IMG/VR virus record: IMGVR_UViG_3300017655_000238
Coordinates: 1 to 43,428 of that record
DNA: 43,428 nucleotides
Origin: a virus
Lineage: Duplodnaviria; Caudoviricetes
Strand: one strand, 5' to 3'
Positions 37,758 to 43,428 of this stretch are shown here, one piece after another. Numbering within the stretch: the first letter of the stretch is position 1; the number at the start of each line of letters is the position of its first letter. The translations under genes and the position numbers were made by a program. Below the pieces are notes generated by a model that was not told the origin of the DNA, did not search any database, and saw only the letters and a list, made by a program, of their open reading frames with translations.

Positions 37758-39056
37758 ATGAGCGTCCAGTCGGACATTTCGAGTATCCAATACACGGGCA
37801 ACGGCTCGGCCGCGACGCCGTACCCGGTGCCGTTTGTCTTTCATGAGGCGGTTCATCTGAAGGCCGTGGTCGTGGCGGAGGACGGGACGCAGGACGAACT
37901 GGCACTCGGCACCGACTATGTGGTGGCCGGGGTGGGCTCAAAAACCGGCGGATCAGTGACGACGCTCGCGCCGGTGCCGACCACGCGCAAGCTGACTATC
38001 TACCGCGAAGTGCCGGTGGTGCAGCAATCGAAGTTCGTGGAGAACGGGCCGATGCCCGCATCGACGATCGAGCGGGGCCTTGACGATCTGACGATGATTG
38101 CTCAACAGCTTTCGCGCCGGGTGGCGCGGTCGTTTCGGCTGTCCGATTCCAGTCCGCCGCTTGACCCGATGATGGAACTGACCTCGGGCGACACGGGCGT
38201 AATGGTGATGGGCGATGACGGCAAGTTCCATCTTTGGTCGATGCAGCGGCTCAAAGAGGAATTGTCGGCGATGGCGGCGGTGCCTGCGATGCTCAATGCG
38301 CTGATGGTGCAGTATCCGGTGGGGTGTCTGTACTTTACCCGTCGAAACGAAAACCCGCGTGATATTCTCGGCTTTGGAACATGGGTCCGCTTTGGGGCTG
38401 GGAGAATGATGGTGTCACTGGACCCGAGCAACCCGACATTGAGCCAGGTGGGGGCAACGGGCGGGGCGGCGGTGCATTCATTAACGCTCGAAGAGGGTCC
38501 GGCGCACCAGCACGTGGTGCCAGCGTTCTCTGGCCAGGCTCAAGGAGGGGGCCATACGCACACGGTACCGGGGCAGACCGTGCAAACGTCAAGTTCTGGT
38601 GGGCACACGCACCCGATTACCGGCTACGAAGAATCAGCTTCGGCGAATCGTCCCACCAATCAGATTATCATTGATGACGACTACGCGCAGAGCCCCACGA
38701 CGACGAGAAATACCGGGGAAGCGGGCGCTCACGTTCACTCCGTAACCATTGCGTCGGTAACGACAGGAACCAGCAGTTCGGCTGCCTACAATCTTTCCAT
38801 CCCTGAACAGAACACCCGCTCCGCAGGGCAAGGCAAGCCACACAACAACATGCCTCCCTATATCGTGGTGCATGTCTGGACACGGGTGAACAACGATGCT
38901 CCGGAAGATGTCGACGACGGGTCGGGGGGTGGCGTTGGATCGCTTCCGTTCCCGGGCGATCCTACGCTCTTTGTGGACCGGGTGACGGGCGAGACGCGGC
39001 GGCTCGTGGTGGACGATTCGGTGCTCGGGACGATCCCGGCAGGAGGAGGATCTTAA
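37758..39056 (+). CDS. Tail fibre: T7-type N-terminal anchor plus collar/needle domain with HxH motifs
   Basis: YTGNG...PFVF...IERGLDDLTMIAQQ anchor; YPVG...GTW...TGG; HQH, HTH, HTH, HVH; HNNMPPYIVV. Confidence 0.85.
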   Translation: MSVQSDISSIQYTGNGSAATPYPVPFVFHEAVHLKAVVVAEDGTQDELALGTDYVVAGVGSKTGGSVTTLAPVPTTRKLTIYREVPVVQQSKFVENGPMPASTIERGLDDLTMIAQQLSRRVARSFRLSDSSPPLDPMMELTSGDTGVMVMGDDGKFHLWSMQRLKEELSAMAAVPAMLNALMVQYPVGCLYFTRRNENPRDILGFGTWVRFGAGRMMVSLDPSNPTLSQVGATGGAAVHSLTLEEGPAHQHVVPAFSGQAQGGGHTHTVPGQTVQTSSSGGHTHPITGYEESASANRPTNQIIIDDDYAQSPTTTRNTGEAGAHVHSVTIASVTTGTSSSAAYNLSIPEQNTRSAGQGKPHNNMPPYIVVHVWTRVNNDAPEDVDDGSGGGVGSLPFPGDPTLFVDRVTGETRRLVVDDSVLGTIPAGGGS

Positions 39057-39060
39057 AGAT

Positions 39061-39708
39061 ATGGCTCGTGCATTACTTTTCTTCGCGCTGGCGTTCATCG
39101 GTGTGGCGCTGCTGACCGCTGCCAATCCTCCCAACCATGCCGTGATGACGGGACCGCAGGCGCAGCGGGCGCAGGGAGCGAAGACGTTCGAGGATCTGAC
39201 GGCGGAGAAACTGACGATGCCAGGGGTGAAGGGTGCGCTTAAAGCAGATGCGGACGGGGAGGTGTCGGGCGGGCCGTATTACCCCGTCTTCCACATTTAT
39301 CTGCCGCCGGGGTTCACGGACTTTGAACTCAAGGCGACGACCGACAACTACGAGACGATGGTCTTTTTCTATCACAGCCCTGACCCGGCGAAGGCGTTCA
39401 TCCCATCTCAGATCTGGAGCACCCGGCCGGACGTGTTTTTCACGGATTCGCAGCGCGCCGATCGGCGGCAGTGGATCAGGCAAAGCGCTTCTCAGTCCAT
39501 CGCCGCAATGCGCGTCAATGGATCGAGCGAGATCGGCGGGGTAATCCTGGTGGTGAAAGATGTTGGCGGCGCCATCTCGCAGGACAACCCGAAGCTGATC
39601 TGGACGTACGCCGTGATGACGCCGACCGGCACGGAAGACGACCCGGGCGGCCGGAGTATCTGGCGGCCGATCGTGCCGGTCTGGATGTCGCAACCCTTCA
39701 ACCCATGA
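39061..39708 (+). CDS. Signal-peptide protein with a fibre-like repeat
   Basis: MARALLFFALAFIGVALLTA-A; VMTGPQAQRAQGAKTF and GALKADADGEV segments. Confidence 0.7.
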   Translation: MARALLFFALAFIGVALLTAANPPNHAVMTGPQAQRAQGAKTFEDLTAEKLTMPGVKGALKADADGEVSGGPYYPVFHIYLPPGFTDFELKATTDNYETMVFFYHSPDPAKAFIPSQIWSTRPDVFFTDSQRADRRQWIRQSASQSIAAMRVNGSSEIGGVILVVKDVGGAISQDNPKLIWTYAVMTPTGTEDDPGGRSIWRPIVPVWMSQPFNP

Positions 39709-40031
39709 AGCAACTGATCCTCATTTTTACCTTCGGGCTCCTGGTGCATGCCGCCAGTGCCATTGACTATCAAGCCACTCCGGAAAGCGCCTGGGTCAAA
39801 CGGTTCGGATCGGCACCGGGGTTTGAGGTGACCGATGCGGCGCTTCGGACAGCTATTGAGTGGGATCTCTTTGGCGGGCCGGTGCCGAAGATCAACGGTG
39901 CGACCCACTACGGGTTGCAGCTCAAGCGGTGGGAGCGGTCGATCAGGCAATTCGGATTCGCGGTAATCGCCGACGACTATGCAACTTTCCTGGAGGGGTT
40001 AAAGGCCGAACTCTCCAGGCAGAAAAAGTAA
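39705..40031 (+). CDS. Signal-peptide hypothetical protein
   Basis: MKQLILIFTFGLLVHAASA-I; ATGA-coupled start. Confidence 0.7.
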   Translation: MKQLILIFTFGLLVHAASAIDYQATPESAWVKRFGSAPGFEVTDAALRTAIEWDLFGGPVPKINGATHYGLQLKRWERSIRQFGFAVIADDYATFLEGLKAELSRQKK

Positions 40032-40058
40032 AGAAGGCCAATTCGAAGACACAATACC

Positions 40059-40562
40059 ATGAAACGATACATTACCACCCTCTGCCTTGCCATCGCCGTT
40101 GCCGGGAGCGCCCTTGCGGAGCTTCCCAAAAACGTCGACGCGCTGGTTGACAAGCTGCCTGAGTCGTACACCAAAACCCTGCGCGCCAATGCCGTGCGTC
40201 TGGAAGCCCGTTCGAACGATGAATTCTACAGCAGCCTGAAGGCCGCCGGATTCACCTTTCAAGACGTGACGCTTTCACGCTCCTGGGTCGTCGGGCTCGC
40301 GTTCCCGCGCGGGGATTACGACGCCTTCGACTCGGCGGAGGCCGCGAAGTACCTCTCTCTCGACAACTACAAATCCTACGTGGCCGCCAAGCTCAAGGGC
40401 ATGGGGGCCGACGCCATCGCCGCTTACGACTGGCTCCAACAGCAGCGCCTGACTGTCGTGGAGGCCGCCCCGCGCGACATCGCCGAGAAGGGGGAGTTCC
40501 TGGCCGTGATCGCCGATCAGGTGATCGCGCAGGACAAAGCGAAAGCTTCCGCCGCGCAGTAA
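40059..40562 (+). CDS. Signal-peptide hypothetical protein (helical)
   Basis: MKRYITTLCLAIAVAGSALA-E. Confidence 0.75.
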   Translation: MKRYITTLCLAIAVAGSALAELPKNVDALVDKLPESYTKTLRANAVRLEARSNDEFYSSLKAAGFTFQDVTLSRSWVVGLAFPRGDYDAFDSAEAAKYLSLDNYKSYVAAKLKGMGADAIAAYDWLQQQRLTVVEAAPRDIAEKGEFLAVIADQVIAQDKAKASAAQ

Positions 40563-40647
40563 GGCACGCGCCTGCTGTTTTGCGCTCCCCTGCCCTCTTC
40601 ATCGCAGGGCGGGGTGCGCTTAGGCGATCAACAGAAAGGGAGACCTT

Positions 40648-41004
40648 ATGAGCTTGAATTACATGTCGCTGGCTGATGGCCGGGCGCTTCCGGTTGGGAC
40701 CGGTATAATGCCGGTGTGCAGCTTCGACCAGGACGGGAAGCCCGCCGGTGCGGCCACGGACAAAACGCTGGCTGACCTGACAGCGTTTCTGTTCGCCCGG
40801 AAGGGGGAGACGTATATCCACGACGATACCCTTCATGAGGGAGATTGGTTTGCCGTCACGGCCGTGGAGGATACGGTGATTGCTTCGATCACCACGCCGA
40901 CCGGCACGCATACTGATGTGCCAATCCCGGGGGGGCTGACGCTTCCTTTGCAGTTTACGGCCGTAACCTTGACGAGCGGCAAGGTGTTTGCCTGGATTGC
41001 ATGA
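40648..41004 (+). CDS. Small beta-rich virion protein, head-spike-base-like
   Basis: GGGAG RBS; FAVTAVEDTVI...GLTLPLQFTAVTLTSGKVFAW; coupled to a GIGLGL-start gene. Confidence 0.55.
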   Translation: MSLNYMSLADGRALPVGTGIMPVCSFDQDGKPAGAATDKTLADLTAFLFARKGETYIHDDTLHEGDWFAVTAVEDTVIASITTPTGTHTDVPIPGGLTLPLQFTAVTLTSGKVFAWIA

Positions 41005-41831
41005 TTGGGATCGGGATAGGTTTGGGTCTTTGGCGGGGTCAGATCATCGTCAAGCGATGGGACGCGGACGCGCTCGCCTACATCGCGCAGGTGGAAACGG
41101 CGGACGGCGCTCCGCTGGAGCCGAAGGTCAGGCTGGCGGTCAACCGGTTGGTCGGGCAATGCAAGCGGGATGCCTCGCCGGTGGCGGGTGTCAGCAACTG
41201 GGAGGCGATGAAAGCAACGTGCCTGCTGGCCGGGCCGCGGACGCTGGCAGGAGCGCTGATCCCGTTGCGCGGACCTGCGCCCACCAACATCAATTTCGTT
41301 TCAGGGGATTACCATCCTGTGGACGGCCTGAAGGGCAACGGATCGAGCAAATACCTCATTTCAAATTTCAACACGATCGAGGGGTCCCGACAGGTTCATA
41401 TGGCCGTCCACACGCGGAGCAACTTCGAAGCCATTAATTCGTCTGCATTGATGGGCGCTGGAGCTAGTTCCACGCCGGGCTCCATGCTTCTATTCATTAA
41501 TAATCCATCATTTGATCCAAGATCGGTCGTTGCCAAAATTGCAACCTGGGACAATGAGCCGATTCTTCAATACCAGCCTGAATCTTCAGGCTTCATAGGA
41601 GTATCCAGGGCATCACAGACTGACACGGATGTTCAATGGGCTCTCGGAAATGAGGAGGGTGTAGCGTCTGGAAAAACCCACCAAAGTCCTGCGTTAATTC
41701 CCTATCATATTTTTGCTCGAAATGGGGGGAACATTTCTAACATTCCAATGACGTTCTATAGCATCGGCGAGCCGGTTGATCTGATCGCCTTGCGTTCGGC
41801 AGTCAACGCTTACATGGAGGCGATCGCATGA
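41001..41831 (+). CDS. Head-spike/fibre-like protein with a lectin-like (ConA/LamG-type) C-terminus
   Basis: MIGIGIGLGL N-terminus, DADALAYIAQVE...NFVSGDY...GLKGNGSSKYL...FYSIG. Confidence 0.6.
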   Translation: MIGIGIGLGLWRGQIIVKRWDADALAYIAQVETADGAPLEPKVRLAVNRLVGQCKRDASPVAGVSNWEAMKATCLLAGPRTLAGALIPLRGPAPTNINFVSGDYHPVDGLKGNGSSKYLISNFNTIEGSRQVHMAVHTRSNFEAINSSALMGAGASSTPGSMLLFINNPSFDPRSVVAKIATWDNEPILQYQPESSGFIGVSRASQTDTDVQWALGNEEGVASGKTHQSPALIPYHIFARNGGNISNIPMTFYSIGEPVDLIALRSAVNAYMEAIA

Positions 41832-42220
41832 CTCCGGAAGAAATTGATCTTTTGCGTGATCTCTCCGCCCCACTGGTGGAGCATCCGTTGCCGTGGAGCG
41901 GGCTTTCCGGCGAGCAACAAGCGGCTTTCCGGCTGCTGATGCCGCGCCCGACCTTCACCGACGAGCAGCGCGAATGGGTGAGCCTCTGGTGGCTGCCGGT
42001 CACAGTGCAACAGGTGGCCGACATCAATGCCGTTGTGCCGGCAGGCAACCAGTACCCGGGGCGGGAGGATCTTGATGGCGATCTCTTCATCAGCGTCGAT
42101 CTGCTCTCCGACGCCCTCGACTCCGGGCGGCTGGCGGCGTTGCTGCCGATCCTGCAATCGCTCCCTCTGACCTACAAACTGCCGGAGGAGTGGCCGGTGC
42201 CTGATCTGGAGGAGATTTAA
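41828..42220 (+). CDS. Hypothetical protein (possible fibre chaperone)
   Basis: Acidic 130-aa ORF, translationally coupled to the spike gene. Confidence 0.6.
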   Translation: MTPEEIDLLRDLSAPLVEHPLPWSGLSGEQQAAFRLLMPRPTFTDEQREWVSLWWLPVTVQQVADINAVVPAGNQYPGREDLDGDLFISVDLLSDALDSGRLAALLPILQSLPLTYKLPEEWPVPDLEEI

Positions 42221-42224
42221 CACC

Positions 42225-42398
42225 ATGCAGCAACACTATGACCTGATCAAGGTAGCGGCCGTCAACGTTACGGCGTTTATCGTCTCATTAACGGACCTGG
42301 AAACATCGGTCCGGATCGCGGGGATGCTGGTGGCCATGGTCTACACGGGCCTCAAAACCTATTACCTGATCGCCGAGAAGCGCGAAAGGAAGAAATGA
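42225..42398 (+). CDS. Holin-like small membrane protein (57 aa, below the ORF-track cutoff)
   Basis: GGAG RBS; MQQHYDLIKVAAVNVTAFIVSLTDLETSVRIAGMLVAMVYTGLKTYYLIAEKRERKK*; hydrophobic segments, basic tail, ATGA overlap with the next gene. Confidence 0.65.
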   Translation: MQQHYDLIKVAAVNVTAFIVSLTDLETSVRIAGMLVAMVYTGLKTYYLIAEKRERKK

Positions 42399-42829
42399 AT
42401 CAACCGCTGAACATTCCCATTAAGGACGGCTATCGTCTGGAGTGCGACTACATCTACCGATGGGTCGACGAAGGGCGCATTTACCGAATCGTCGTTCCCG
42501 CGGGGTTTATCTGCGACGGGGCGAGCGTCCCGCGTTTCCTTTGGACGTTGATCGGGGCAACCCCGGACGGGCTGAACCGCGCGGCCGCGCTGGTTCACGA
42601 CTTCATCTACCGCAACAGCGGCGTGTTGCCGAACGGCTCCTTCTGGGAAGAAGCGCCCGGGGGGCGGCTGATCGCCCTGATCGACATGCCGTGGACTCGC
42701 GTTCAGGCCGACAAACTTTTTGCCCGCATCCTTCGTGAAGCGGGTGTGCCCCGCCTGCGGCGTCGCCTGATGTATCGGGGGGTCCGGCTGGGCGGGTGGA
42801 TGTCGTGGCATAAGAGGAAGAAATCATGA
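42395..42829 (+). CDS. DUF1353 family protein
   Basis: VPAGFICDGASVPRFLW...AAALVHDFIY...ADKLF...YRGVRLGG. Confidence 0.85.
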   Translation: MNQPLNIPIKDGYRLECDYIYRWVDEGRIYRIVVPAGFICDGASVPRFLWTLIGATPDGLNRAAALVHDFIYRNSGVLPNGSFWEEAPGGRLIALIDMPWTRVQADKLFARILREAGVPRLRRRLMYRGVRLGGWMSWHKRKKS

Positions 42830-43428
42830 GCAAGAACATCGCAAACGAAGCATTCGCGCGCCGGGTCCAGTCGGACCTGCACGGCCGCGGCCTTTACACA
42901 GGAACCGTTGACGGCTGGGCCGGGCCCCAGACAATCGAGGCATGGGGGCTGCTGGTCGGCGACGGATTTACCGTGCCACGGCCGGGCGGCACCGGATCGA
43001 CCGATCAAAGCGCCCAGCTCTACGCGCACGCACTCAAGGATGATGGCTTGCGCGAGACGGCCGGGAAGGGATCAACCCCACGCATTCGCGAAGCGATTCT
43101 TGGGGCCGCGTCGTGGCTCGATCCCGACGACAGCGCCACGGCCTGGTGCGGGTGCATTATGGGCCTCTGGGTTAAGGAGATCGGCCTGACCCCTCCCGTG
43201 GCGCACTACCGTGCCGCGTCATGGCTCGACATCGGCACAGAGGTTCCGCTCGCGTCGGCCCGGCCGGGCGACATCGTGGTGATTTCCCGCACCGGCGGGA
43301 ACCACGTCGCGCTCTACTTGGCGCACGATACCGGGACGATCACCCTCTACGGCGGGAATCAATCGAACGCCGTCAACATCGCCAAGTTCCCGCGATCGAG
43401 TTTGCGGGGGGTGCGCCGATTGGCGTGA
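42826..43428 (+). CDS. Endolysin: peptidoglycan-binding domain plus TIGR02594/NlpC-P60-like catalytic domain
   Basis: VQSDL...YTGTVDGWAGPQT binding motif; DDSATAWC, GNHV, GGNQSNAV. Confidence 0.85.
   Translation: MSKNIANEAFARRVQSDLHGRGLYTGTVDGWAGPQTIEAWGLLVGDGFTVPRPGGTGSTDQSAQLYAHALKDDGLRETAGKGSTPRIREAILGAASWLDPDDSATAWCGCIMGLWVKEIGLTPPVAHYRAASWLDIGTEVPLASARPGDIVVISRTGGNHVALYLAHDTGTITLYGGNQSNAVNIAKFPRSSLRGVRRLA

Larger units (their letters stand above)
5079..43428. mobile_element. Temperate podovirus-type prophage (BPP-1-like gene order), probably defective; continues beyond the window
   Basis: att, integrase, CI/Cro, replication genes, portal, scaffold, capsid, tail tubes, ejection proteins, fibre and lysis genes in order; no terL seen. 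Confidence 0.92.

Noticed and set aside
37758-43428. Diversity-generating retroelement as in BPP-1
   Set aside because: No reverse transcriptase, Avd or TR/VR repeat pair seen in the window; it cannot be excluded further right.

Overview
The window starts in the 3' end of a PEP-CTERM gene (1-153), which points to a PVC-type host, probably Verrucomicrobiota (inference). Two integrative elements follow, apparently stacked at a tRNA-Ser site. (1) A ~4.9 kb island (~221-5078) carries a minus-strand operon: DUF6431-like zinc-ribbon protein, large serine recombinase and two ParB/RepB-like proteins, with a small MITE beside it. (2) A temperate podovirus-type prophage with BPP-1-like gene order runs from a tRNA 3'-end att copy (5079-5110) past the window end. 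It encodes an integrase, three envelope-protein morons, CI/Cro, a recombination/replication module, a C5-methyltransferase with a nested alternate-frame subunit, primase-helicase, RusA, portal, scaffold, capsid, tail tubes, ejection proteins, tail fibre, a head-spike-like pair and lysis genes. The prophage looks defective: terS is fused out of context, no terL is present, and the largest ejection protein is split. The most unusual items are a 143-nt tRNA-mimic RNA with an 8/5 fold, three consecutive signal-peptide proteins in the tail-fibre operon, the dual-frame methyltransferase with WPTP repeats, a Tad1/Acb2-like sponge gene, a duplicated 40-bp late-promoter motif, and the recombinase plus dual-ParB module. 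All family calls come from motif recognition by eye; no database search was run.
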